Below, one piece after another: positions 17,070 to 25,573 of a stretch of DNA of 64,000 nucleotides. Source of the stretch: a virus (Duplodnaviria > Heunggongvirae > Uroviricota > Caudoviricetes); the IMG/VR virus record IMGVR_UViG_3300002220_000285; one strand, 5' to 3'. A program made the position numbers and the translations under genes. The first letter of the stretch is position 1, and each line of letters starts with the position of its first letter. The notes under the pieces are model-generated. The model was not told where the DNA came from. It ran no database searches and saw only the letters and a list, made by a program, of their open reading frames with translations.

Positions 17070-17249
17070 ATGAAGATTCAAGTCGAGGTTGACTTTGACG
17101 CGATGTTGGACTCCGGGGAGATCACCCCGGACGTCCTGATTGATTCCCTGCTCGGAGACCTGCATTGGCTTAGCGAGAGCATCACGACAAGAGATGTCTT
17201 GCGCCTTGAAGAGGCTGTTGGATACCTTAAGAAGGAGAAGAACCTGTGA
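17070..17249 (+). CDS. hypothetical acidic small protein (59 aa)
   Basis: ATG after AAGGAGAGAAC; frame verified; below track cutoff. Confidence 0.5.
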   Translation: MKIQVEVDFDAMLDSGEITPDVLIDSLLGDLHWLSESITTRDVLRLEEAVGYLKKEKNL

Positions 17250-17548
17250 GCGAACTCGTCTACCTCGGCAAGATCGAGGGTGAAATTTCCGTGCAATTCC
17301 CCAGTGGGGCGCACATGATCGGAGTTAGGGAGGGCAGGAATGCCAGTGTGGTTGCCTACGCTCTGGACGAAGGGGGGGCGAATGTCCTCATGTATTCCGT
17401 TGACAAGGCTCGAGAGCTTCGGGAGGGGGTGGATGAGCTGGTCGGCGCCCTCGCCAAGCTGATCGAGTACATGGACGAAGACTCCCTGATCGAGGAGGAC
17501 TGGGAGGCACTGGAGAATGGGCGGGAGCTTCTGGCGAAGTTTCCCTAA
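17246..17548 (+). CDS. hypothetical protein (100 aa)
   Basis: GTG start overlapping upstream TGA (GTGA). Confidence 0.5.
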   Translation: MSELVYLGKIEGEISVQFPSGAHMIGVREGRNASVVAYALDEGGANVLMYSVDKARELREGVDELVGALAKLIEYMDEDSLIEEDWEALENGRELLAKFP

Positions 17549-17557
17549 CCGTTAGGG
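17543..17557. repeat. intergenic palindrome CCCTAACCGTTAGGG fused to GGGGCTTCGGCCCC UUCG-tetraloop hairpin (17555-17568)
   Basis: Exact copy; last copy in window; hairpin followed by TTTACTTCTGGAGATG leader. Confidence 0.6.
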
Positions 17558-17581
17558 GCTTCGGCCCCTTTACTTCTGGAG

Positions 17582-18169
17582 ATGAGCATGACGAAGAAAT
17601 CTGAGCGCAAGGCGATGCGCAGGGCCGCGATCTACGAACGGGCGAAAGACGCCCTCAAGGACCTGTACCACAACGCCTCTCTCGGCTGGTTCTCCGTCCC
17701 GGAGAAAGATTGGGAACGCTTTCATGACTGGCAGGGCGCGGTGAACTCCGACGAGGTCTACCACATCCAGGGAGGCGGGGCTTACGGCGACCCGCAGGGT
17801 ATGCGGGATTACTTCAAGGGGCTTTACAAGTCCCCAGCCGCGGCTCACAGGGCATACCGGGGGTACGCGAGAAAGAGGGAAGAGGAACAGAACAGGTATG
17901 CAAAGTACGAACGTATCACTGAGTACGGGACGCTCTACCAGTGGGGACGGGGAGGCGCCACCCTTGCGCCGGATGGGCTGATCCGACAACGCGGGGGCGG
18001 CTCGTTCTCGATCGATACCGGGGTCGTAGAGGGAATGCCGTATGCCAACGTGATCGACCTGATGCTCGTTGTCGAGGCCTTCAACGCATACGTCGAATCC
18101 TGGTGTAGTGCTGAGAACCAGAAGTTCATGTGGGAGGTCGAGTGCGCGATTTACGAGGAGGGGGCATGA
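17582..18169 (+). CDS. hypothetical protein (195 aa)
   Basis: ATG after CTGGAGATGAGC. Confidence 0.55.
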   Translation: MSMTKKSERKAMRRAAIYERAKDALKDLYHNASLGWFSVPEKDWERFHDWQGAVNSDEVYHIQGGGAYGDPQGMRDYFKGLYKSPAAAHRAYRGYARKREEEQNRYAKYERITEYGTLYQWGRGGATLAPDGLIRQRGGGSFSIDTGVVEGMPYANVIDLMLVVEAFNAYVESWCSAENQKFMWEVECAIYEEGA

Positions 18170-18351
18170 GAGAGGAACTCGCCCGCATGTGGAACCTCGC
18201 TTGCCTCGTTTTCTACAAGGTGGTCGGGGACTGGGAGGTCAACGACTCTGCAGGCAACCTGCCGCACGGGGTTCGCCTAAAGATCGAAGACGGGGTGGGG
18301 CCGATGGTGGTCCCGCGCACCAAATACGACGACCAATGGAGCCGCCTGTGA
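18166..18351 (+). CDS. hypothetical small protein (61 aa)
   Basis: ATGA overlap; internal start of track ORF 18130..18351. Confidence 0.45.
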   Translation: MREELARMWNLACLVFYKVVGDWEVNDSAGNLPHGVRLKIEDGVGPMVVPRTKYDDQWSRL

Positions 18352-18710
18352 ACGCAAGACCAGAAGACCTCGCCTACATGGACCTGATCGACCTGAAGGA
18401 ACTGGAACGCCAGGCCTACATCGACGGGCAGCGGCTGCTGGGTGCAGCGGTCAACCGAATCATCGACGAGATCGAGGCTGCCGAAGAGGACAGGGAGGCC
18501 CTGGATGCGGCGGTCGGCGCGGAGTCTGGACTGCAGGCCACTTACGACGACCTGTGCAGCATGGTCGAGACGGTCCTTGATTTGATCCGGGTCCGAGAGA
18601 CGGAGGAGGGGGAGTATGAGTACTACCTGTATGACGACGGATGGGTGTTGAAGAACCTGTTCGATGAGAGGGGCATGAATATGCCGAAACTGGAGGTGAC
18701 CAGTGAGTAA
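18336..18710 (+). CDS. hypothetical acidic protein (124 aa)
   Basis: ATG (or GTG at 18348 overlapping stop) in frame with track ORF 18069..18710. Confidence 0.5.
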   Translation: MEPPVNARPEDLAYMDLIDLKELERQAYIDGQRLLGAAVNRIIDEIEAAEEDREALDAAVGAESGLQATYDDLCSMVETVLDLIRVRETEEGEYEYYLYDDGWVLKNLFDERGMNMPKLEVTSE

Positions 18711-19161
18711 CTACGCAACTTTCCTTGTGCCGGGGTTGGACGGGGACGTCTCAATCGAGGTTTGCTTCGATGACTACTTCTCTGAAGACGAGGTGAGGGA
18801 GTCCCTCGGGGTTACCGAGAACTGGGAACCGATCGTGTCAGAGGTAGACGGCGCTGCGGCTGAGGCTGCCACAGACGGAGAGAAGTTCGACTTCGACAGG
18901 TACTTCGACCTTGAGAAGCTGGACGACGATGTGCTAGAGGCCTACCAGGCGTGCGTCGGCAGCCCTAGCTCCGCTGCGGAGGTGGAGGACGCCTACATCG
19001 GCCACTACGATTCTGACCGAGACTTCGCCTGGGAGCTGCTAGAGAGTCTGGGAGCTTTCGAGGCCTGGGAGGCGCTGCCCTACTACATCGACTACGACAA
19101 GTTGGTGCGTGACCTCGAGATCGACTACTCCCACCACAACGGCCACTGGTTCCGGCCGTAG
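18703..19161 (+). CDS. ardA: ArdA-like antirestriction protein (acidic DNA mimic)
   Basis: 152 aa, strongly acidic; C-terminal ...LPYYIDYDKLVRDLEIDYSHHNGHWF resembles the ArdA family signature as recalled; GTG start after GGAGGTGAC. Confidence 0.55.
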   Translation: MSNYATFLVPGLDGDVSIEVCFDDYFSEDEVRESLGVTENWEPIVSEVDGAAAEAATDGEKFDFDRYFDLEKLDDDVLEAYQACVGSPSSAAEVEDAYIGHYDSDRDFAWELLESLGAFEAWEALPYYIDYDKLVRDLEIDYSHHNGHWFRP

Positions 19162-19226
19162 CCCTGGATTCCACCCGGAACCCAGGATAGAGTCCTGCCC
19201 GCTGCATCTTACCTCTGGAGACGACT

Positions 19227-19646
19227 GTGCTTAAAGTCAATGACTCGGGGCTGATCCTCGCCCAACCTGACACCCTTGAACTCCTGCAGCAGTGGACTGA
19301 TGCCAAGGCTGAGGAGCTTCACGCGAACCTGCGCCGCAAGCAGATCGAGGATCAGCTCGCGGCCCGTACTGCCGACTGCCCTCCCGAGGGGCAGAAGACC
19401 TACAAGTTCCCGCACTGGAGGGTGGTGCGGGTCAACAAGTTCAACTACAGAGGTGACATCGCAAAGTTGCTTCCCCTTGCACGGGAGTTGGAGATCGAGC
19501 CTCCTGTTTCCCCGAAGATTTCTGAATCCGCATGTAAGCGACTCCGGGCAAAAGACCCAACGACCTGGGAAATCCTGGTCTCAGAAGGCGCGGTTGCGTG
19601 TCAGGAGGGCAAACCTCAGTTTGACATCAGCCAAATTCCAACGTGA
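19227..19646 (+). CDS. hypothetical protein (139 aa)
   Basis: GTG start after CTCTGGAGACGACT leader. Confidence 0.5.
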   Translation: MLKVNDSGLILAQPDTLELLQQWTDAKAEELHANLRRKQIEDQLAARTADCPPEGQKTYKFPHWRVVRVNKFNYRGDIAKLLPLARELEIEPPVSPKISESACKRLRAKDPTTWEILVSEGAVACQEGKPQFDISQIPT

Positions 19647-19933
19647 CACCCTCACAACAAGTAGAACCTGAGCCAAAGGGGTCAGAGATGGTCCTCTACT
19701 TTCCCCTAAAGGTTGCCGTCCGTAGGTTGGGAGGCAATACCGAAGCAGCCCTGAAGTTGGGAGTGCCCACCACCACGCTCAATCATTGGACGCACCCGGA
19801 TAAGCGGGTGCGTCCAGGCTGGGAGCAACTGAGCCTACTCAGTGACCTCTCGGGTGTGGCGATGGCCTCCTTCCTGCGTTATTACGCCGCCCTAGACCGA
19901 TACCGAGAAGCCGAGAAAAATCGGCCACGGTGA
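19643..19933 (+). CDS. helix-turn-helix DNA-binding protein (putative transcriptional regulator)
   Basis: ...RRLGGNTEAALKLGVPTTTLNHWTH... HTH-like segment; GTGA-coupled start. Confidence 0.5.
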   Translation: MTPSQQVEPEPKGSEMVLYFPLKVAVRRLGGNTEAALKLGVPTTTLNHWTHPDKRVRPGWEQLSLLSDLSGVAMASFLRYYAALDRYREAEKNRPR

Positions 19934-19978
19934 TCTCGAAGCCCGCCCCGTGCGGGCCTCTTACTTTCGGAGACTTGC

Positions 19979-20371
19979 ATGAAATTTGCTGTTCGTCGGA
20001 CCAGCATGAAGCGATTCGAGATTTTCTTCTCCGGCGGTCTTTACGCCGGAAAGCGGGTTGGGGAGGCAGACGTCGTTCGCCTGACCAACACCGTGATCCA
20101 CACCAACAACCGGCCGATGGCGGTCGGGTCGATTCAAGCGGTCTGGGGGTTGGTTGTGGACCCCGCGCTCGAGCTGACTCGAATGGTGCTGTACGAAGTT
20201 GGCATCAACAAACCTTTCACCACGTTGCGCAACGCCAGGCGGGGACGCTTCCTCGCGCGAGACAAGGAGCTTGCACTGTGTCATGAGACAGGTATACTGC
20301 CGTTCGCTTCCGTCCTTCAGCTTGAAGAGGACGGGTTCGTCTACTCACTACATAAGAAGAACATCAAATGA
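19979..20371 (+). CDS. hypothetical protein (130 aa)
   Basis: ATG after CTTACTTTCGGAGACTTGC leader. Confidence 0.55.
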   Translation: MKFAVRRTSMKRFEIFFSGGLYAGKRVGEADVVRLTNTVIHTNNRPMAVGSIQAVWGLVVDPALELTRMVLYEVGINKPFTTLRNARRGRFLARDKELALCHETGILPFASVLQLEEDGFVYSLHKKNIK

Positions 20372-20715
20372 GTGAGACTACCTACGATTTCCCTCGTCTG
20401 TGTTCAGACCTGTACTCCCAATGGCAGGACCTGCAGACCCAGCATCAGAACACCGAGATGCTGCTCCAGCATCTGATCACTCTGTACGAGGTCCTTCAGA
20501 AGTTCACAGAGTACGTCCCTGAGGATGTGCAGAACTCCGTACAGAGTCAAATGCTTGAGGCCTCCTCGTTTGTGGTCGCTTACTGCCGTAAGCATCAGGC
20601 GGTCAGCGTATCTCACCTTGCCGCGGGTAACCTGTTCAAGGAGCTGCTTGACGGCATGAAGGCTGCACAGGCGATCCAGGACGTAGCGGAGAAGGTTGGC
20701 TACGGACGCGCCTGA
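20368..20715 (+). CDS. hypothetical protein (115 aa)
   Basis: ATGA overlap. Confidence 0.55.
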   Translation: MSETTYDFPRLCSDLYSQWQDLQTQHQNTEMLLQHLITLYEVLQKFTEYVPEDVQNSVQSQMLEASSFVVAYCRKHQAVSVSHLAAGNLFKELLDGMKAAQAIQDVAEKVGYGRA

Positions 20716-20736
20716 TTCTACTTTTGGAGATGATTC

Positions 20737-21087
20737 ATGAGTTCCCTCATGCCGAAGGACTGGCTCGATGCCGGTTACAAGCGGTTCCCTACCAGTAAAG
20801 ACCCTGTTTTAGGCCGCATGGCCGACTTCGGCCTGCAGCGCAAAGTCGCCGATGACAGAGGTATCTGCTACTTCCTTACGGTCTATGTCTATGACTGGAC
20901 CAAAGACCCCCCAATACCGGGTCGTAAAGGATGGGCGTTCATGCCTGAGCTTTACTTCACTGCGAAGACGTTTCCATCTATGGACATCACGTTTCGTGCG
21001 GACGACCTCAGTATTCAGGAGATCGAGGAGTACGTGCGTCGACTCTGGATCAAGCTGGACTGCCCCTACTACGAGTATTTCGAGTAA
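20737..21087 (+). CDS. hypothetical protein (116 aa)
   Basis: ATG after CTACTTTTGGAGATGATTC leader. Confidence 0.55.
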   Translation: MSSLMPKDWLDAGYKRFPTSKDPVLGRMADFGLQRKVADDRGICYFLTVYVYDWTKDPPIPGRKGWAFMPELYFTAKTFPSMDITFRADDLSIQEIEEYVRRLWIKLDCPYYEYFE

Positions 21088-21103
21088 CACAAGGAGAAGA
21101 AGA

Positions 21104-21373
21104 ATGGACAACCAACACCGAAAGATCAAAGGTTACCGGGAACTCTCCGTCGAGGAGATTGCCGTGATGAACAGAATCAAGGAGAAGGGGGCGGAGCTTC
21201 GTAGCCTCATCGAGGAGGTGAACAGTCACCTGGATCGGGGACTTGATGACGAGGAGGTCTGCGACCGCATTAGCCAGGCAGATGCCTACTTCTGGCTCAA
21301 CAGCGCGGAAGCCGACTTGAAGGTCGGCATCATGAAATTGGTGCGTGCTGTTGCCCAACCGGAGGGCTTCTGA
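21104..21373 (+). CDS. hypothetical protein (89 aa)
   Basis: ATG after AAGGAGAAGAAGA; internal start of track ORF 20852..21373. Confidence 0.5.
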   Translation: MDNQHRKIKGYRELSVEEIAVMNRIKEKGAELRSLIEEVNSHLDRGLDDEEVCDRISQADAYFWLNSAEADLKVGIMKLVRAVAQPEGF

Positions 21374-21714
21374 TGGACCTCGAGCAACTGAAGTTGGTCA
21401 TCACCAGCATGGAGGGCGTCGTCGGGAAGCTCTCCGAGGGCGCCGTACTCTGGCTGGGCCTTCACTACATCGTGGAGACGATCAAGGCGCTGGGGTGGAT
21501 TCTGGTGCCGACGATCATCGTTACAAGCATCGTTCGGGCGATCGCCGGTACTACCGAATCCTGTGAAGCATGGAAATCGGTAGCCGTGCAGTTGGGCCAA
21601 ATCAACCCGCACCCTTACTACGAATCATCGCGTGCTGCGGTCACCAAGAGGTTGCAGGACCTTCTGGACGCTGAGCGCGAAGTTAAGCGCCTTGCCAAGG
21701 AGGGCAAGAAATGA
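21373..21714 (+). CDS. small inner-membrane protein (2 TM; NfeD-like partner candidate)
   Basis: Hydrophobic helices; ATG overlaps upstream TGA. Confidence 0.5.
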   Translation: MDLEQLKLVITSMEGVVGKLSEGAVLWLGLHYIVETIKALGWILVPTIIVTSIVRAIAGTTESCEAWKSVAVQLGQINPHPYYESSRAAVTKRLQDLLDAEREVKRLAKEGKK

Positions 21715-21902
21715 AGCACGCCATCATGATTTTGTTTGTCGCCTTCTGTTTCTACTGCGGGTGGCAGGTCGCACCTAGAGACATTCGGGACACAGTGAAA
21801 ACGCTTGTCCGAAAGCACGCCACATTCACGTTGGCAACGATTCTTCTCTGCGCCCTCGCTGTTGTCCTTGCCTATTACCTCACCGCTACCAAAGTCCTCT
21901 AA
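21711..21902 (+). CDS. small membrane protein (63 aa, 2 TM)
   Basis: ATGA overlap; MKHAIMILFVAFCFYCGW... Confidence 0.5.
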   Translation: MKHAIMILFVAFCFYCGWQVAPRDIRDTVKTLVRKHATFTLATILLCALAVVLAYYLTATKVL

Positions 21903-21912
21903 GGAACCCAAC

Positions 21913-22728
21913 ATGAAAAAGATCATCCTCGCCGCTGCCGTCATCTTCCTCGGCGCCTGCTCCCAGATCGATACCGGCAACGTCGGTGTCGAGCGAACCC
22001 TCGGCAAGGTCAGCGAGACGCCGCTGCCGCAGGGTCTCTACTTCACGCTGTTCAAGACGGTCGATGAGTTCACCGCGAAGGAGGTCAGCTTCGCACTGAA
22101 CGACCTGACGCCGAAGTCGAAGGACAACCTGACGATGCGAGACGTCGACATCGACGTCTACTACAAGGCTGCGCCCGCGGCGATCCCGAAGTTGGTGACC
22201 AAGTACCAGGGCGACATCGCCAAGGACAAGAGCGGGGATTCCATCGCAGCTTGGGGACGAGTCACCCGTGAGGGTCGGGAGGCGGCATACCGTGCCGTGT
22301 CGGAACTGGACGCTACCACGATGCACACCCAGCGCACGGAGCTTGCTGAGTCGATCCGTCAGAAGCTGCAAGCGGGCCTGGAGGAAACCGATCCCGGCGC
22401 CTTCCTGGTTACTAGCGTGAACGTCCGTAGTCTCGTCACCGATCCTGCAATCGAGAAGGCGATCCGAGAGCGGGCGGAGATGGACCAGCAGGTCGAGCGC
22501 AAGAAGAAGGAACTGGAGCTTGCCAAGGCTGAGGCAGAGCGGCGCGAAGTTGAGGCGCGGGGCGAGGCGCGGGCTAACGACATCATCAGCTCGTCGCTGA
22601 CCCAGTCGCTGAAGGAGATCAAGCTGGCGGAGATCGCCCGTGATACCGCGTTCGCTGTGTCGAAGGGCGCTGGGAACACTGTGCTGCTTCAGGGCGGCGC
22701 GATGCCCCTGATCAACGTAGGCAAGTAA
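21913..22728 (+). CDS. SPFH/band-7 (stomatin/prohibitin/HflC-like) lipoprotein
   Basis: Lipoprotein signal MKKIILAAAVIFLGAC (lipobox LGAC); band-7-like core followed by E/A/R-rich coiled-coil (ERKKKELELAKAEAERREVEARGEARA). Confidence 0.65.
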   Translation: MKKIILAAAVIFLGACSQIDTGNVGVERTLGKVSETPLPQGLYFTLFKTVDEFTAKEVSFALNDLTPKSKDNLTMRDVDIDVYYKAAPAAIPKLVTKYQGDIAKDKSGDSIAAWGRVTREGREAAYRAVSELDATTMHTQRTELAESIRQKLQAGLEETDPGAFLVTSVNVRSLVTDPAIEKAIRERAEMDQQVERKKKELELAKAEAERREVEARGEARANDIISSSLTQSLKEIKLAEIARDTAFAVSKGAGNTVLLQGGAMPLINVGK

Positions 22729-22730
22729 GC

Positions 22731-23015
22731 ATGTTTTCCCTTGGTACGCTGCTGAGGGAAGGGGGTGAGGATTGGGAGGTTGTCGGAATCACGTTCACTG
22801 GCGGGGAGCGCTACTACATGCTCCTCGCCACCGATCGTAGTTGCTCCCTCCTCAGTCCCGCTTTTATGGTCGAGACCTACACGGTCATCGGCCACATTGA
22901 CCAAAACAAAAAGAACAGAGGTCATGATGGAACCTTCCTGCCACCTGTTGTGGTTCGCTTTCCTGATCCCGCTGGCGATGCTGGTATGGATGCACCTCGA
23001 GAACAGGGCGATTGA
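22731..23015 (+). CDS. hypothetical protein (94 aa); overlaps next ORF in another frame
   Basis: ATG 2 nt after SPFH stop; N-terminal half looks protein-like; C-terminal half may be out-of-frame overlap. Confidence 0.35.
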   Translation: MFSLGTLLREGGEDWEVVGITFTGGERYYMLLATDRSCSLLSPAFMVETYTVIGHIDQNKKNRGHDGTFLPPVVVRFPDPAGDAGMDAPREQGD

Positions 23016-23121
23016 GAAGCTGATTGCTGAACTCAACCTGGAAATCACCAGGGTTGAACTTGCCTATGCAGAAGACAAAGCTGCAGAGGACCTACTTAAG
23101 GAGAAACAGAATGCTGAGTGA
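22924..23121 (+). CDS. small membrane protein with TM helix plus coiled-coil (65 aa)
   Basis: MMEPSCHLLWFAFLIPLAMLVWMHL then charged helical tail. Confidence 0.4.
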   Translation: MMEPSCHLLWFAFLIPLAMLVWMHLENRAIEKLIAELNLEITRVELAYAEDKAAEDLLKEKQNAE

Positions 23122-23506
23122 GATGCAAGGGGACAACTACCTCCGGGAGCAAGAGCGCAGGGACGCTGCTCTAGAGGCTAGGGAGGAGTCTCAGGAGAAG
23201 TGCTACATGAAGGCGTATGCCTCCGTCTACCCTCTCGTTCGTCAAGAAGTGATGGACGCCTGCATGATGAACGCCCTGATCCCCGAAGGGAAGTACGGCA
23301 GGTATGCCGCGGGGTACGCTGCTGTCAACGCAGTCACCTACGCGGTGGAAGACCTTGAAGATATTCAGAGCCTGATCCGACCGAACGGGGACATCACCAA
23401 AATCTACGCCGCCTACGCCCACTACGTCGCAAACGAAGAGGCGGAGTATGTCGCGGAGCGAGCAGTGGCGGCGCTCGAGATTCTGATGGAGGGGGATGAG
23501 GTATGA
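23111..23506 (+). CDS. hypothetical protein (131 aa)
   Basis: ATG after AAGGAGAAACAGA; internal start of track ORF 23024..23506. Confidence 0.5.
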   Translation: MLSEMQGDNYLREQERRDAALEAREESQEKCYMKAYASVYPLVRQEVMDACMMNALIPEGKYGRYAAGYAAVNAVTYAVEDLEDIQSLIRPNGDITKIYAAYAHYVANEEAEYVAERAVAALEILMEGDEV

Positions 23507-24771
23507 AGCACGTTTACGATACGCTGCTGGCTCTGGCTGCGACGACGAAGAAAAACGAGAAGCAGCAGATTCTCAGGGACAACGGCACCCCAGAGTTCCG
23601 GCAGGTGCTACGACTTGCTTTGGACCCGTTCACCATGTACGGATTCAAGAAGCTGCCAGAGCACCTCGAGAGCGGGGACGGGGACTTCAACGAAGGCACT
23701 CTCCAGCTTCTGATCGCCCTTCACCACAAGGAGCTGACCGGAAACGCGGCGAAAGCTGCGGTCTCTGAGGAGCTGTCCCGCCTTGCCCCCGAGGACCGTG
23801 AGGTGTTCAAGCGCATCCTGCTCAAGGACCTGCGCGTCGGGATCGATGCGAAGAGTGTGAACTCGGTGTTCCCCCGCCTTGTTCCGACGTTCTCCGCGAT
23901 GCTGGCCGAACCGTTCGATGCGGCTCGAGTCAAGGCGTGGCCCGTCATGGTCCAGCCCAAGCTAGACGGGGTCCGGGTGCTGGTGTTCGTCGATCCGATC
24001 AAGGGGACAGCCAAGTTTCTGTCTCGCAGTGGCAAGGAATTCACTTCGTTCGACGACCTGGCGCAACCCTCCGTTGCACTGGCTCGCCGCCTGTACGGCC
24101 CGAACTTTCCTGATGGGGGCATCGTGCTGGACGGGGAGGTCATCACCAGTGACTTCCTTTCGACAGTGAGCGAGGTCCGTAGGAAGAACAAGACCTCAGA
24201 GAACGCCGTGCTGCACGTGTTCGATGCGGTCCCTGAGTCCCTGTACCGCGGCTACAGCCACCACCCCGTCAGCCAGGTCACGCGATACGAGATTCTGCAA
24301 GCCGGGGTCTCCCAGATCGACACCGACCGGATTCGCATGATCCGAAATTCGCTTGCTCACTCTACTGAGGAAGTGTATGACGCCTACGAGCGAGTCAGGG
24401 ATCAGGGAGGTGAGGGCGTCATCGTCAAGGATATGTCTGCACCATACGAGTGCAGGCGCACCTACAGTTGGATGAAGATCAAGGACTGTCAATCGGTGGA
24501 TGTCCCGATCGTCGATGTCGAGCGCGGTACTGGAAAGTATGCGGACTGCGCTGGCGCCGTTGTCATCGAGTTCGAGGGGGTGCGCGTTAGTGTCGGCTCT
24601 GGTCTGACTGACGCCCTGAGGCATGACCTGTGGCATCTGCACCAGACCTCCCCTTCCGAGGTACTTGGTCGCATCGTGGAGGTGGAGTACCATGAAAAGA
24701 CAGCCTACGGGTCACTGCGGCACCCGCGGTTCGTGAGGTTCCGAGATAGTCTGACTGGCGATAAAGAGTGA
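23503..24771 (+). CDS. lig: ATP-dependent DNA ligase
   Basis: KLDGVR adenylation motif (KxDG), 422 aa, ATGA-coupled start. Confidence 0.85.
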   Translation: MKHVYDTLLALAATTKKNEKQQILRDNGTPEFRQVLRLALDPFTMYGFKKLPEHLESGDGDFNEGTLQLLIALHHKELTGNAAKAAVSEELSRLAPEDREVFKRILLKDLRVGIDAKSVNSVFPRLVPTFSAMLAEPFDAARVKAWPVMVQPKLDGVRVLVFVDPIKGTAKFLSRSGKEFTSFDDLAQPSVALARRLYGPNFPDGGIVLDGEVITSDFLSTVSEVRRKNKTSENAVLHVFDAVPESLYRGYSHHPVSQVTRYEILQAGVSQIDTDRIRMIRNSLAHSTEEVYDAYERVRDQGGEGVIVKDMSAPYECRRTYSWMKIKDCQSVDVPIVDVERGTGKYADCAGAVVIEFEGVRVSVGSGLTDALRHDLWHLHQTSPSEVLGRIVEVEYHEKTAYGSLRHPRFVRFRDSLTGDKE

Positions 24772-24816
24772 TCAACAGGGCCGCTACCCAGCGGCCCACT
24801 ACTTGTGGGGACACGT

Positions 24817-25245
24817 ATGAACATCAAGACCCTTCTATCAAACCTGTGTGAAGCATCTGTCTACTCCCCGCGCCTTATGCAGGCCTACTACGTTCACTAC
24901 AACACGAAGGTGAACGGCGAACCCTATGTGTTTCGTGTGTCCGCAAACTCGCAGTGCGACAACCTTGCTGTCTGGAACCTTCTCTACCTGCTTGCCCCGA
25001 TGGTTCGGGAAGACATCGTCTTCCTCGACGGGGACGGCCCGAGCCTCGAGAAGATCAAGGCGCTGGCGAAGCTGGAAGTAGAGGGCGTCCCGTTAGAAGA
25101 GTTGATGGTGGGGACCCCTGCCTCCGCATTCCTTGACTTACTCAGTGCTGCTGCTGCTGCCTCCTACACTAACAAGAACGACTGGCAGCGGTGGCTTGCC
25201 AGAGCCAAAAAACGAGTACGAAAACATGAGCAGAGCACCGCGTAG
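24817..25245 (+). CDS. hypothetical protein (142 aa)
   Basis: ATG MNIKTLL... after CTACTTGTGGGGACACGT leader. Confidence 0.5.
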   Translation: MNIKTLLSNLCEASVYSPRLMQAYYVHYNTKVNGEPYVFRVSANSQCDNLAVWNLLYLLAPMVREDIVFLDGDGPSLEKIKALAKLEVEGVPLEELMVGTPASAFLDLLSAAAAASYTNKNDWQRWLARAKKRVRKHEQSTA

Positions 25246-25573
25246 GATGCAGGTCCGCTTCGGTGAACTCACCGAAGAGATCGCAATCGCCCACGGCCTC
25301 CCCCTCTCAGAGGTGGAGACGGTTCTTCACGCCTACAGCGCGGCGATTCGCCGCCTGTTGGCGGAGGAGTTCATCGTGGAGATCGCGGACGGACTCCGGG
25401 TTCAGGTCGAAACCTACCTCGATCGACACAACAACACCGTGAAGAAACGGGTGGTTGTGAACTCGGGTAACCGCCTTTCCCAGCGGAAGGCGACCAGTGC
25501 TGATCTAGAAATAGAAGAAGAAAATGAGCGCACTGCCGAAAAACTTAGAACTTACGGTGATGGAGACAGTTAA
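25226..25573 (+). CDS. hypothetical protein (115 aa), possibly a small DNA-binding protein
   Basis: Internal ATG of track ORF 25133..25573 overlapping upstream gene end; loose HU/IHF-like pattern only. Confidence 0.4.
   Translation: MSRAPRRMQVRFGELTEEIAIAHGLPLSEVETVLHAYSAAIRRLLAEEFIVEIADGLRVQVETYLDRHNNTVKKRVVVNSGNRLSQRKATSADLEIEEENERTAEKLRTYGDGDS

Noticed and set aside
527-17557. Possibility that the repeated 15-bp palindromes form a CRISPR array
   Set aside because: Spacing is irregular at hundreds of bp and each copy sits in a separate intergenic gap between genes. CRISPR repeats are regularly spaced at 25-50 bp.
25226-25573. Assigning the 115-aa protein as an HU/IHF-family histone-like protein
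   Set aside because: Only a loose pattern similarity. The characteristic GRNPxTG arm motif is absent. Left as hypothetical.
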